Part shown: one piece after another, positions 30,674 to 40,707 of the stretch
How the letters are laid out: every line of letters begins with the position of its first letter
Position numbering within the stretch: position 1 is the stretch's first letter
Source of the DNA: Chromatiaceae bacterium
GTDB lineage: Bacteria; Pseudomonadota; Gammaproteobacteria; Chromatiales; Chromatiaceae
Reading direction: 5' to 3'
Assembly (NCBI GenBank): GCA_041738985.1
Contig: JBGSOR010000201.1
Location: 1 to 62,005 of the forward strand
DNA length: 62,005 bases
The notes under the pieces: generated by a model
Seen by the model: only the letters and a program-made list of their open reading frames with translations
What the model was told of the DNA's origin: nothing
Database searches by the model: none
Program-made: the position numbers and the translations under genes

Positions 30674-31765
30674 CTAGGCCACGTGAGAGGCCGTACCCAC
30701 CCGGATCAGCGCTAGCGCCCCTCGCTTTACGCGTCGCAGCAGTCCGATGAAGGTCAGCAACCAGGCCGATAGCGCGATATAGACAGTCACTTCGGGAACC
30801 ACCAACAGGGATCTCAGGTCGAGTGCATACGCCAGTTGATAGGTGCTTGCCGTGTACATCCCCAAGGGAAACACGGCGCCCCAGAAAAGCGGTGTGTAGG
30901 TCACCGGCACGCGCCTGACGACATGGGTCCAGACCCCCAGGCAGATTAGGAGGGGGATCCACCAGGTCCCCGCGGCCCAAAAAAACAGCGTGAAGCCTTT
31001 CAGGAAGGGAACCAGCTCCACAAGCAGAGCCGACTGGTGGCTGTGAAGAATCAGATTCGCGCCGGCCTGGGTCGCGATCGCGGTGGCCCCCATGTTCACC
31101 CAGTAGGGAGGAGTGAAGTTGGCGGGCTCGAGCGAGACGAACGTCAGGCGATAAAAGACCAGGGCGATGATATTGATATAGAGCATGCACCCCATGAAAT
31201 AGAAGGACAGGCTCAGAAACAATATCCCCTGCTCGTGCTCGGGCCAGTGGGACGCGATCATGGTTCCCAGCGTCGCGATGGATTGGGTCGCCACCGAGGC
31301 AATCAACCATACCCCACTGAGGCCTTCCATGAGCGAAGGTTTCGCCGGATGCACGATAATCGCCGTGAAGAAGGCGTAGGTGATGACCAACCAGAGCAAG
31401 CCCGCGAGGATCCAGAGGCCGATCGCCCAATCGATATGACCGGTCAGCCTCAAGACCTGAATCCCGAGCACACCGGCGGCGGCGACGACCGTGAAATAAC
31501 CCGGGCCAAGCGAATGCATCCGAAGATCGCTGAGCAATCGCTTAGGATAAACGAGAATGCGCAGGATCGTCATCGCCCAGAGTATTGCGAAGGCAACGCA
31601 GTTGATAAAGAACAAGGTCTTCGCAACCGGACCCAATCCTAAGAGGTCGCTCGCGATGGATACGATCCCGGTTGCCATCACCAGCGAAAAATACGACGGG
31701 GGTAGATTCTCGATCCAATACTGCAAGATATCCACGATGCCTTGCGCGCGCGTTAAACTTTCCAT
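30674..31765 (-). CDS. TDT (tellurite/dicarboxylate, SLAC1-like) anion transporter
   Basis: YFSLVMATGIVS, WLIASVATQS, PPYWVNMGATAI, WGAVFPLGMY; about 10 TM helices. Confidence 0.88.
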   Translation of the reverse strand: MESLTRAQGIVDILQYWIENLPPSYFSLVMATGIVSIASDLLGLGPVAKTLFFINCVAFAILWAMTILRILVYPKRLLSDLRMHSLGPGYFTVVAAAGVLGIQVLRLTGHIDWAIGLWILAGLLWLVITYAFFTAIIVHPAKPSLMEGLSGVWLIASVATQSIATLGTMIASHWPEHEQGILFLSLSFYFMGCMLYINIIALVFYRLTFVSLEPANFTPPYWVNMGATAIATQAGANLILHSHQSALLVELVPFLKGFTLFFWAAGTWWIPLLICLGVWTHVVRRVPVTYTPLFWGAVFPLGMYTASTYQLAYALDLRSLLVVPEVTVYIALSAWLLTFIGLLRRVKRGALALIRVGTASHVA

Positions 31766-31857
31766 TGGCCCGTTTCCGCCGCTGATCGTTACTTGCCTGC
31801 ATGTCGCCGCGGGACCCCCATCCGGAGGATCGGCAGAGCCGGAACGTAAGAGCCCCC

Positions 31858-31890
31858 GAGCGCCGGCAGTCGCTCGCACTGCCGGCGCTC
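31858..31890. other. Perfect 13-bp GC-rich hairpin between narI-like gene and TDT gene
   Basis: GAGCGCCGGCAGT-CGCTCGC-ACTGCCGGCGCTC; no U-tract. Confidence 0.65.
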
Positions 31891-31914
31891 CCTCGTTGGC
31901 ATTCGCTCGACGGC

Positions 31915-33459
31915 TTAACGTGTGGCCACAGCATCCGAGGTTAGCCGGCGTGGCAGGACCTCATCCTCCAGGTAGGCAATGAGCGCCCAAATCCGCTCCG
32001 GACCCAGGTTCGGGTAGCTCGGCATGAGCCACTCGCCTTTGGCGCGCGGCATCCCCGCCGCGATGCGGTAGTAAAGCTGCGCCGCGCTCTGCCCACCTTT
32101 CAGGGGATCTGACCTCAAATTGTGTGGCCGCACGGTTCGACCGGCAGCGTCCGTCCGCAGGCTCATCAGAACCCCGTCCCCGGCCCCGTTATTGCCATGG
32201 CAGGTCGTGCAGTAATTCGCGTACAGGTCTTTGCCTTGCGCGATCAACGCGGGGGTTGTCGGCGGACGCGGCGGGACCGCGAGTGCCTCGCCCGGTGTGG
32301 GACGATCCTTCCAGAGATCGCCCACCGTCTCGATCAAGGATTGAATCTGAGGCTCGGAGAGGGCGCCGAAACCCGGCATTCCCGATCCCTGCAATCCATT
32401 GACGATCGTGTGGCGCAGATCCGCATCGGACGCGACCCCGTTCGTCGTCGAAATGAACTGAAAATGCCCCGAGGTGAGATCGCGCGGGACAGCCTTGAAG
32501 GTCGGCGAGTTTGCCCCGGGGCCATCGCCTTTACCGCTTAGGCCGTGACAGCGGGCACATTGGCTCACATAGAGCGGGTAGCCATCCAGGGTCGAGCGGC
32601 CGTTCCGAGTGCCCATTTCCTCCGCGGTCCCTTGGCCCCCCGCACGCGAAGCGGCCAGGGCATCGCTGGTAATGCCCTTGCCCGTGGGTCCGGGCAGGGT
32701 TGCCCCGATCAACACCAGGACCGCAACGACTCCGAGCGCGAGGTAGGTCATATAGGACTTGTCGGATACGAGGCCAAACTCCCACTTATCGTGAAATTTG
32801 CGGGCCGCCGTGCGCATGACCTGGTACGGCCGCACGAAGTAGTTGACTGGCAGGGTCCAGGCATGAATCAGCTTGGTGAAGGGGAAGTAGGCAGCGAAGG
32901 TGAACGCCAAGAACACATGCAGCTTGGTTATCGTGCTCGCGGAGGCCATGAGCTCCGGTTGCGGCGACATCCGCCAGAGACTGGCGAACCAGGGCGCTGC
33001 GGTATAGCTAACGCCCCAGATCCGTTCGATCACCGCCTGGTAGATGGCAATCCCCAGGATAGCAATCAAAAAGAGATGCACGATGTAGTCGTCCGGTTGA
33101 CTCATCGCTCGCATCTCCGGGACCAGGGTGCGGCGCGCCAGCGCCAGCACCGACCCCGTGATCGCCGCCAAGCCTCCCAGGGTGCCCATCCAGAAGAAGG
33201 CGCCAACCCAGCTACCCCAGCCGAGGATACCGCCGATCAGGCCGGCGAGATGGCCGAAGAAGACCAGGAAGATGCCCCAGTGGAGCAAGTGGGCCGCCAG
33301 ACCCAAGAGGTCTCGTCCAAGAAAGATACCGCTGGAGCGCGTCGTCAAGCCAAAGGGGCGGTAGATCATCCTCAAGAACGGCACCACGAAGAAGAGCGTG
33401 ATGGCGATATAGGGATAGACCCCCCACAAGATGTAGTTCAGTGACGAGAAGTCGTTCAT
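31915..33459 (-). CDS. narI: Nitrate reductase/nitrite oxidoreductase gamma subunit (NarI-like cytochrome b) fused to di-heme cytochrome c
   Basis: YPYIAI, heme b His pairs LHWGIFLVFFGH and LHVFL..FPFTKLIH; extra TM helix; CARCH and CTTCH. Confidence 0.88.
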   Translation of the reverse strand: MNDFSSLNYILWGVYPYIAITLFFVVPFLRMIYRPFGLTTRSSGIFLGRDLLGLAAHLLHWGIFLVFFGHLAGLIGGILGWGSWVGAFFWMGTLGGLAAITGSVLALARRTLVPEMRAMSQPDDYIVHLFLIAILGIAIYQAVIERIWGVSYTAAPWFASLWRMSPQPELMASASTITKLHVFLAFTFAAYFPFTKLIHAWTLPVNYFVRPYQVMRTAARKFHDKWEFGLVSDKSYMTYLALGVVAVLVLIGATLPGPTGKGITSDALAASRAGGQGTAEEMGTRNGRSTLDGYPLYVSQCARCHGLSGKGDGPGANSPTFKAVPRDLTSGHFQFISTTNGVASDADLRHTIVNGLQGSGMPGFGALSEPQIQSLIETVGDLWKDRPTPGEALAVPPRPPTTPALIAQGKDLYANYCTTCHGNNGAGDGVLMSLRTDAAGRTVRPHNLRSDPLKGGQSAAQLYYRIAAGMPRAKGEWLMPSYPNLGPERIWALIAYLEDEVLPRRLTSDAVATR

Positions 33460-33467
33460 TGGCGTGC

Positions 33468-34151
33468 CTACCCGCTCAGGGACATTTCATTGGGGACTGA
33501 ATTTCCCATGCGCACCGGGATCGTCCGTTTCACCTCGGGATCGAGCCAGACCGGGTCGTCCGCCAATCGCTCCAGGTCTTCGTTGACCGCGCACTCCAGT
33601 GCCTCGATCAATAGATCGTAAACACTCTCGTACTTCTGGAGCGCCTTGCGCAGATGGGGTAAACCCGGCTGCAAGTAGGTCTCCACGAACCGGCGTCGCA
33701 ATCCGATCCCGTCCCGTTCCGGGTGCTCGCTGCTAACGGCGAGAAACTCCACCATCACCGGAACGAAGTCCGGCAGCTCGCCGGCCAGCCGGAAGCCGAA
33801 GTGCTCGTAAACCGCCCCCAGCTCGATCATGTACTGATTGCGCCCACAGGCCCCGGCACCCCGGCATGACGTAGGCTCGTCGTACATGTGCGCCCCCAGG
33901 TACAACGGGCAGGGGGGCGTAAGTTCCAGAGTCGCGGTGTACTCATCCACATTGTGGGCAGCCGGGGAGGCCAAGAAGCGCTGCATCGTCTCCCCAATGG
34001 GGGTTCCAGCCACGGCGGCCAGCGCGGAGTGAATTCCCGCAGTCTCCCTAACCGCGGGATTGAGCATCAGCTCCGCTATGGCCCGGTACGCGGCAGGGAG
34101 GTCCCACCCTGCGGACCCCGCTGCTTGCTGTGTCGAAGATTGCCCGTTCAT
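33468..34151 (-). CDS. narJ: NarJ/TorD-family molybdoenzyme chaperone
   Basis: EYTATLE..CPLYLG, Y..FGF..GELPDFVPVMVEFLA; located between narH and narI. Confidence 0.82.
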   Translation of the reverse strand: MNGQSSTQQAAGSAGWDLPAAYRAIAELMLNPAVRETAGIHSALAAVAGTPIGETMQRFLASPAAHNVDEYTATLELTPPCPLYLGAHMYDEPTSCRGAGACGRNQYMIELGAVYEHFGFRLAGELPDFVPVMVEFLAVSSEHPERDGIGLRRRFVETYLQPGLPHLRKALQKYESVYDLLIEALECAVNEDLERLADDPVWLDPEVKRTIPVRMGNSVPNEMSLSG

Positions 34152-34153
34152 GC

Positions 34154-35704
34154 TCAGCTCCCCACACCCATCTTGTTGCCGTGGAACTCCGTGCGCCGCT
34201 TGGGGCCCGATCCGGGGCTCAAGAGGTCGTAACCGGTGAAGCCGCGCTCGAGGTAAGGCGCATTCTTGGTGTCCTCGCTCCGCGCGGTTGCGATCACAAA
34301 CCGCTCATGGAAATGCGCGAGGGAGAGAAGCCGGTGCATATGCCGGGCCTGCTCTACCGTCATTCCGACCTTCTTGAGGACGCTGTCATCGGTTATTCCC
34401 TCAACCCGCTCCAACCGCCGGAATTCGCGCAGCGCAAGCTGCCGTACCAGGGCCTTTTCCACCTCCTGGATGTTCCCGGCCGCCAACAGCCGCGCAAGAT
34501 ATTCGATCGGTATCCGAAACTCCTTCAGATCCGGCAGTACGGTGCCACCATTTACCATGTCGAGGGTGTTGCGACCGTTAGGCTTGGCCGTTGCCACTGG
34601 GCTCTCCGGCGGTATGTAAAAGAGACTCGGCAGGGTTCGGAACTCGGGATGGAGCGGTAGCGCGATCTCCCATTCCTTCACCATCTGGTAGACGGGGGAG
34701 CGGCGGCAAGCCTCCAGCCAGTTGTCGGAGATCCCCTGCCGCTTGGCCTCGGCGATGATTTCCGGATCGAAGGGGTTCAGGATGATGCCCCGGTGGCGAG
34801 CCACCAACTCCTTCTCGTCCGCCGTGTTGGCCACCTCGGCGACGCGATCCAAGTCGTAGAGCAAGGGACCCAGATAGCGAATACGGCCCACGCAGGCTTG
34901 GAAGCACATGGGTGGCTGCCCGGTCTCAAGGCGCGGGAAGCACAGTATGCACTTCTCGGACTTGCCGGTCCGCCAGTTGTAATAGGTCTTCTTGTAGGGG
35001 CAGCCCGAGACGCAATAGCGCCAGCCCCGGCAGCGGTCCTGATCGATCAGGACCACCCCGTCTTCCTCGCGCTTATAATTCGCGCCGGACGGGCAAGACC
35101 CCACGCACGCGGGGTTCAGGCAGTGGTTGCAGATCCGGGGCAGGTACATCATAAAGGAGTCTTGGAACTTCAATAGCGCTTGCCGTGCCGCTGGCGACAT
35201 GTCGCTGAAGTTGTAGTCCAGCTTGCCGGTCCCCTCCTCATGGGTGCCGGCACCGTTATCCTCCCAATTCACCCCATAGGTCAGCTCGATATCCTCCTCC
35301 CCTGTAATCTGGGACTTGGGCCGCGCGACCGGTTGGGAAAATTTGGTGGGCTGCTCCGAATGCAGGTCCTCGTACGTGAATGTGAAGGGACCCTTGCCGT
35401 AGTAATCACCCATCTGGGGTAGGACCGGGTTGTAGAAGAGGCTGATCATCTCCCAGAAGCGGGTCGCCTGGTTCAGCTTCGGCACATCGCCCTCCGGGTC
35501 CTGCTTCCAGCCACCCCGGTACTTGTCCTGGTTTTCCCATTCCTTGGGATAGCCGGCCCCTGGCTTGGTTTCCACATTGTTCCAGAACATGTACTCCGCG
35601 CCTTCGCGGTTGGTCCAGACGTTCTTGCACGCAATCGTGCAGGTCTGACAGCCCAGACACTTGTCCAGGTTAAATACGATACCCATCTGCTGCTTGATTC
35701 GCAT
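34154..35704 (-). CDS. narH: Nitrate reductase/nitrite oxidoreductase beta (Fe-S) subunit
   Basis: CLGCQTCTIACK, WNNVETKPG, CNHCLNPAC..CP, CRGWRYCVSGCPY, KCILCFPR, PLHPEFRTLP. Confidence 0.93.
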   Translation of the reverse strand: MRIKQQMGIVFNLDKCLGCQTCTIACKNVWTNREGAEYMFWNNVETKPGAGYPKEWENQDKYRGGWKQDPEGDVPKLNQATRFWEMISLFYNPVLPQMGDYYGKGPFTFTYEDLHSEQPTKFSQPVARPKSQITGEEDIELTYGVNWEDNGAGTHEEGTGKLDYNFSDMSPAARQALLKFQDSFMMYLPRICNHCLNPACVGSCPSGANYKREEDGVVLIDQDRCRGWRYCVSGCPYKKTYYNWRTGKSEKCILCFPRLETGQPPMCFQACVGRIRYLGPLLYDLDRVAEVANTADEKELVARHRGIILNPFDPEIIAEAKRQGISDNWLEACRRSPVYQMVKEWEIALPLHPEFRTLPSLFYIPPESPVATAKPNGRNTLDMVNGGTVLPDLKEFRIPIEYLARLLAAGNIQEVEKALVRQLALREFRRLERVEGITDDSVLKKVGMTVEQARHMHRLLSLAHFHERFVIATARSEDTKNAPYLERGFTGYDLLSPGSGPKRRTEFHGNKMGVGS

Positions 35705-35706
35705 GT

Positions 35707-38700
35707 CTATGCCCCGAGGTTGAGCTGTGACTCTTGGTAAATGACCTTCCGACCGCGAGTCTCCATCGGCTTCTTGCGGATGAGCACCACACAGTCGCGC
35801 TCCGATGGACTGGTGCCCTGATAGTTAAGCCAATAGGTCCAGTTGGCATACCCGCCGACCATGGTCGCCGGATTCATCATGATCCGGGTGGTCGCGTTGT
35901 TGTTGCCCCCCCGCAGGTCGCTCGCCCCGCGCTCTCTGGCGAGGGAAGAGAAGGGGACATTGACGTGGCGCTCGGTCTGGTGATAGACGATCGACATGTC
36001 CCGGGGCACCGTATGGCTCACGACCGCCCGCGCGACCTGAATGCCGTTCTCGTTGAAGATCTCCACCCAGTCGTTGTCCGCAACGCCGATATCCCGGGCG
36101 TCGTCGTCGTTGATCCACACCGTGGGACCGCCGCGGAACATGTTCTGCATCTGCCAGGAGTCGCCGAACATGCTGTGGATACCCCATTTCTGGTGCGGCG
36201 TAATGAAGCGGAACAGCTTGGCCCCCTTCATCTGGATGTCTTTGGCGGCGACGTCGCCGATGGACACCATGTCGACTGGCGGTTTGTACACCGGGAAGTC
36301 CTCGCCCAGGTCGCGGAACATGCGGTGGTCGTAATAGATCTCCTGTCGCCCGGTCAGGGTATGGAAGGGTTTCAGGGCCTCGATGTTCAGGGTCCAGGGG
36401 CAGTAGGTACGCCCCTTGGTCTCGATCGCCGACCAGTGTGGCGAGGTCAATGCACGCCGCGGCTGAGAGATCAGATCGGGGTAGTGATAGGCGGTCTCCC
36501 GTTCATGCTCGACGATATGCGCGAGCGGGACGCCGCAACGCTCCTCCAGCTTCTTGAACAGTTGATAGGACAGCTCGCCATCGCTCTCCGGGGAAATCCG
36601 CAGGATCACCTCGCAGACCTTGGCTGCCGTTTCCAGCGATGGCCGGCCATCCTTTTCGCCGACCAGATAGCTCTCCTTCATCTGCTCGTACACTTCTGCG
36701 AGATCGCCCTTGATCCCCTTGGAGCCATAGCCGTTCGGCTTGGTTACTTCCGGACCCAGGGTGGTGTACATGTCATGAATCTTGGTGTAATCGCGCTTCA
36801 TGACGTTGACATTGGGGAAGGTCTTGCCGGGAATCGGCTCGCTCTCCCCGGTCCACCAGTCGCGCAATTCGCCCATGGGTTGCGCCAGCTCGTCCCGCGT
36901 GTCCGTACTCAACGCCGTCATGACGACGTCCTCGATGGGCTCCGGGAGATGGGTCTTGGCCAGCTCGCTGATCTTCTCTGCAATAATCCGGAACGCCTCC
37001 CAGTCATGCTTGCACTCCCACGCCGGATCGTGGGCCGGTGTGAAGGGATGCAAGAAGGAGTGCAGGTCGGTACAGGTGAGGTCGAACTTCTCGTACCAGT
37101 GCGCCGTCGGCAGCACGATATCCGAATAGTTGGCCGACGAATCCATTCGCAGGTTCACGTTGTAGATCAAGTCGAGCTTCCCTAAGGGCGCGTCCGCGCT
37201 CCAGTCGATCTCCTTGACCATATCCTTCGCGCGACCCTCGCCGCCCAGCACATTGTGGTGGGTGCCTAGCATGTGCTTTAGGTTGAGCTCGTGCCCGCGC
37301 ATGCTGGTGCCAATTAGATTTCCCCGATAGATCCACAGCACCTTGGGGTGGTTCTTCGGCGCATCGACATTGGGTAGCGAAAACTTGAGCTTGCGCGCTT
37401 TGAACTGATCCGCAACCCATTGGCGAACCTCGGCGTCGCTGCTGCAGCCCGCCTTCCGCGCGTCTTTGATCACCTCCAGCGGATTGCGCTCGTCGAACTG
37501 CGGGAAAAAGGGCAGCCAACCATTGCGAACCGCGACGGCGTTCATATCGGCGGCATGATTCGCCTTGGCGGGCATTTCCTTCGCGCGCGGGGCCCAGAGT
37601 GGATCGAGACTCATGCCGTCGTAGCGCCATTGGTCGGTATGGAAGTAAAAATACGACGTGGAGTTCATCTGACGACCGACGTTGCCCCAGTCCACCGCAT
37701 TGCCGATGGTGCCGATCGCTGCCACGTTGCGGATCTTCTCCGTACCGACATAGTGCGCAAAACCGCCGCCGTTGCGGCCCTGACAGCCCGTCAGGATGCC
37801 CATCACGGCCTCGGAGCGGTAGGTGAGCGAGCCGCCGTGGTACCAATGGAGGATTCCCGATCCGGTGATGAACAGACACTTGCCCTTGGTTTTCTCGGCG
37901 GTGTCCGCCCATTCGCGCGCGACGCGAATGGCGAGGTTCCGGTCGACCCCGGTCTCCTGCTCCTGCCATGCCGGCGTATACGCCTGGGACGGGTCGTCGT
38001 AGTCCTTGGGGTACCCCGAACCAGAAAGGCCCCGGTTGACCCCGAAGTGGGACAAGAGCAGGTCATAGGCGGTAGCAACCCGGACCTTGGTTCCGTCGGC
38101 CTTCGTCAACACACGGCTGGGGACGCCGCGGAGGGACCTTTGGGCCTTCTCGCCGCGCAGTGCGGTAGTGCCGAACTCCACATTGAAGGTGTGCGTAAAG
38201 TCCGCGTACTCGACGATCACGTCCTCGTACTCGCCATCCATGAGGGTGAGCAGCGGATCGAAGGGTTCGGCGGTCACTGCATCCTCGTTCTTGAGGTTCC
38301 AGCGGCCGGTGTTCTGTTCCTCCCAGCGGAAGCCCAGGGTCCCGCCGGGAAGGCGCAGCTCACCCTGCTTATCGAAGCAGGGGAGCTTCCACTCCGCGAG
38401 CTCCTCGTTGGCATAGGCCGCGACATCGCTTGCCCTGAGGAAGCGCCCGCTGGCGTAGTGATCGCCCTCTTGATCCAGGATCACCAGGAAGGGCAGGTTG
38501 GTGAACTGTGCCACATAGTTGTGGAAGTACTCCGACCGCCGGTTGACGTGGAACTCCTGAAGGATGACGTGGATGCAGGAGAGGATGAAGGCGGTATCGG
38601 TCCCGGGACGCACCGGCACCCAGAGGTCCGCAAACTTGGTGACGTCGGAGTAGTCGGGCGAGAGGTTGACCAGCTTTCCGCCGTTGTACTTGTGCTCCGA

Positions 38701-39486
38701 GGCGAAGTGGGCGTCCGCAGTACGCGTCATCGGCAGGTTCGAGCCCATGACGATCCAATAGGCGCTCTGATACCAGTCCGCGGATTCGTGCACATCGGTC
38801 TGGTCACCCCAGATCATGGGCATAATGTGGGGCAGGTCGTGGTACCACTCGTAGAAGCTGAGCATGGTCCCGCCCAAGAGATTGGACAGACGGTGGCCGG
38901 ACAGGAAGCTCACCATGCTCATGGCCGGTATGGGCGAGAACGAGGCGAGGTGGTCCGGACCGAACTCCTTGATGGTGTACACCTTGGCCGCGGCGATGAT
39001 CTCGGTTGCCTCATCCCAGGTGGTACGACGCCAGCCGGCCTTACCGCGGGCGTTTCGGTAAGCCTTCGAGCGCTCGGGGTTCTCGACGATCGCCGCCCAC
39101 GCGGCCACCGGGTCCTTTCCCGCCTCGCGCTCCGCGCGCCAGAAATCGAGGAGCACGCCCCGGACATAGGGAAATTTCGGACGCACCGGGCTGTAGGGAT
39201 ACCAAGAGGCGGAAATCCCACGCTGACAGCCCCGGGGCTCGTAGTTAGGCGTCTCGTCGTTGATCTGGGGCCAGTCGGTCTTCTGGAGCTCCCATGTGAT
39301 CATGCCGTTCTTGACGAACACCTCCCAGGAACATGAGCCGGAGCAATTGACACTGTGACTCGTGCGCACGGATTTGTCGTACTGCCAACGACGCCGGTAA
39401 AAGTCTTCCCATTTGCGCGGCTCGTCGAGCTCCCGAAACCAGCGGGATCCCTTGTCGCCGTTGCCGTTGCCATTACCCTTGCTCAT
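35707..39486 (-). CDS. narG: Nitrate reductase/nitrite oxidoreductase alpha (Mo-bisPGD) subunit
   Basis: HSVNCSGSC..EPRGCQRG FS0 motif, FSPIPAMSM, WYHDLP (Mo-ligating Asp), QTDVHESADWY, TPHQKWGIHS; no Tat signal peptide. Confidence 0.93.
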   Translation of the reverse strand: MSKGNGNGNGDKGSRWFRELDEPRKWEDFYRRRWQYDKSVRTSHSVNCSGSCSWEVFVKNGMITWELQKTDWPQINDETPNYEPRGCQRGISASWYPYSPVRPKFPYVRGVLLDFWRAEREAGKDPVAAWAAIVENPERSKAYRNARGKAGWRRTTWDEATEIIAAAKVYTIKEFGPDHLASFSPIPAMSMVSFLSGHRLSNLLGGTMLSFYEWYHDLPHIMPMIWGDQTDVHESADWYQSAYWIVMGSNLPMTRTADAHFASEHKYNGGKLVNLSPDYSDVTKFADLWVPVRPGTDTAFILSCIHVILQEFHVNRRSEYFHNYVAQFTNLPFLVILDQEGDHYASGRFLRASDVAAYANEELAEWKLPCFDKQGELRLPGGTLGFRWEEQNTGRWNLKNEDAVTAEPFDPLLTLMDGEYEDVIVEYADFTHTFNVEFGTTALRGEKAQRSLRGVPSRVLTKADGTKVRVATAYDLLLSHFGVNRGLSGSGYPKDYDDPSQAYTPAWQEQETGVDRNLAIRVAREWADTAEKTKGKCLFITGSGILHWYHGGSLTYRSEAVMGILTGCQGRNGGGFAHYVGTEKIRNVAAIGTIGNAVDWGNVGRQMNSTSYFYFHTDQWRYDGMSLDPLWAPRAKEMPAKANHAADMNAVAVRNGWLPFFPQFDERNPLEVIKDARKAGCSSDAEVRQWVADQFKARKLKFSLPNVDAPKNHPKVLWIYRGNLIGTSMRGHELNLKHMLGTHHNVLGGEGRAKDMVKEIDWSADAPLGKLDLIYNVNLRMDSSANYSDIVLPTAHWYEKFDLTCTDLHSFLHPFTPAHDPAWECKHDWEAFRIIAEKISELAKTHLPEPIEDVVMTALSTDTRDELAQPMGELRDWWTGESEPIPGKTFPNVNVMKRDYTKIHDMYTTLGPEVTKPNGYGSKGIKGDLAEVYEQMKESYLVGEKDGRPSLETAAKVCEVILRISPESDGELSYQLFKKLEERCGVPLAHIVEHERETAYHYPDLISQPRRALTSPHWSAIETKGRTYCPWTLNIEALKPFHTLTGRQEIYYDHRMFRDLGEDFPVYKPPVDMVSIGDVAAKDIQMKGAKLFRFITPHQKWGIHSMFGDSWQMQNMFRGGPTVWINDDDARDIGVADNDWVEIFNENGIQVARAVVSHTVPRDMSIVYHQTERHVNVPFSSLARERGASDLRGGNNNATTRIMMNPATMVGGYANWTYWLNYQGTSPSERDCVVLIRKKPMETRGRKVIYQESQLNLGA

Positions 39487-40367
39487 TGGTCAGCTACCTC
39501 TTCGGTTGGGGGCACGTGCTGCCCACGAATTTCGTTGGCGTATGCCAGCCCGAATGCCTTTACGAACGGGCGAAAGTCACGAACTGTTCCGTAGATGGCG
39601 ACGACCGCGGAACGAGACTCGTCATAGACCAGGTTGACCGCCTCGGAGCGGCCGATCGGATGGGGAACGGCATTGTTGTCGTGGTCGACCCAGTCCTCCT
39701 TCATCGCCTGCATGGACACATAGAGAAGTTCGCCGCCGGGGTGGATCTGCCACCACACGCGGTAGTCCCAGTCATCCATTCGGATCTCGTGTTGGCAGGT
39801 CATGGCCAAGGGGTCCTGGGGATCGATATCCCATTGCAGGACCTGCACCCCGGTTTCATACGAGAGGTCCTCCCGCGGACCCGCGAGGGGCTGGGGTCCG
39901 CCGGGCCCGTATCCCGCTACAGGTGCGACATCGAAGCGCCCGAGCGCGATAGCGAGGAGATCGGCCTCCGGAAGCTCCCCGTCTTCGAGAAGCTCGGCCT
40001 GGAGCGGCGTCATGAGTCGGCTTCCGGCCTCCGCTCCGCTGCGGGCGGCAGTCCCGATATCGGTGGCAAGACCGGCGTCCCGGGAAAGGTCCGCGGCACT
40101 GCGTAACGGCACCTCGGTAACGAAAGGCGCGACCCGGCGGATCTGCACATCGGCGAAGCTCGCCCGTTGCAGTACCGCACGAATGGCGTCCTCCATCGCG
40201 GCGATCTTGCCTTGGTCGCGCGTATCCGGCTTGAACTGGACCTCCACCATCGGGCCGATGGCGATGATGTTACCCACGAAACCCGCGGCAACGATATCCC
40301 GAGAGAACCCGGGATACCCGACCTCGCGCAGTAGATCCCGCACTCGTTCCGATTCCACACTTACCAT
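39483..40367 (-). CDS. DUF59/Fe-S assembly domain fused to unknown C-terminal domain (paralog A)
   Basis: VRDLLREVGYPGFSRDIV..GFV resembles the Mrp/DUF59 N-domain; stop overlaps narG ATG; paralog of 45250..46098. Confidence 0.8.
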   Translation of the reverse strand: MVSVESERVRDLLREVGYPGFSRDIVAAGFVGNIIAIGPMVEVQFKPDTRDQGKIAAMEDAIRAVLQRASFADVQIRRVAPFVTEVPLRSAADLSRDAGLATDIGTAARSGAEAGSRLMTPLQAELLEDGELPEADLLAIALGRFDVAPVAGYGPGGPQPLAGPREDLSYETGVQVLQWDIDPQDPLAMTCQHEIRMDDWDYRVWWQIHPGGELLYVSMQAMKEDWVDHDNNAVPHPIGRSEAVNLVYDESRSAVVAIYGTVRDFRPFVKAFGLAYANEIRGQHVPPTEEVADQ

Positions 40368-40471
40368 CGCGTAATTACCCCCGCAGTTTGTTCGCCAGTT
40401 CCACCGCTCGTCAGCGCGGCGTCTTATTCACCCTTGCTGCGACCATGTACGCATTCGGCTGTCGTTAATTG

Positions 40472-40487
40472 AGCAAGGCACATGCCA
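40472..40487 (-). promoter_or_regulatory. Sigma54 -24/-12 promoter of the nar/nxr operon
   Basis: Minus strand TGGCATGTGCCTTGCT (GG-N10-GC). Confidence 0.8.
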
Positions 40488-40707
40488 CGACGAAGTGGAC
40501 GCCTAACGAATTTTGGCGAAGGCAACAGACAGAAGGCGTTGCGTCGCCGCCAAAAGTGCTGCTGTGCCAGGTGGCTCGTTGTGGGCGGGGCTAGAAGCGC
40601 CTATGCCGCGCCAGGGATGCCGATGGGAATTGAGTCGTTATGAGTCGCGGGGAGCGGGTTTGCGGTGAGCCTGCCGGCTCGCCGGAGGACTTGCGGAAGC
40701 GGGCCGT

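Noticed and set aside
28284-31430. 1048-aa ORF as a fusion protein
   Set aside because: The first 269 codons overlap the TDT gene out of frame; the real start is ATG 30623 with an RBS
39385-39400. RRR in the NarG N-terminus as a Tat signal
   Set aside because: No hydrophobic h-region; typical of cytoplasm-facing NarG
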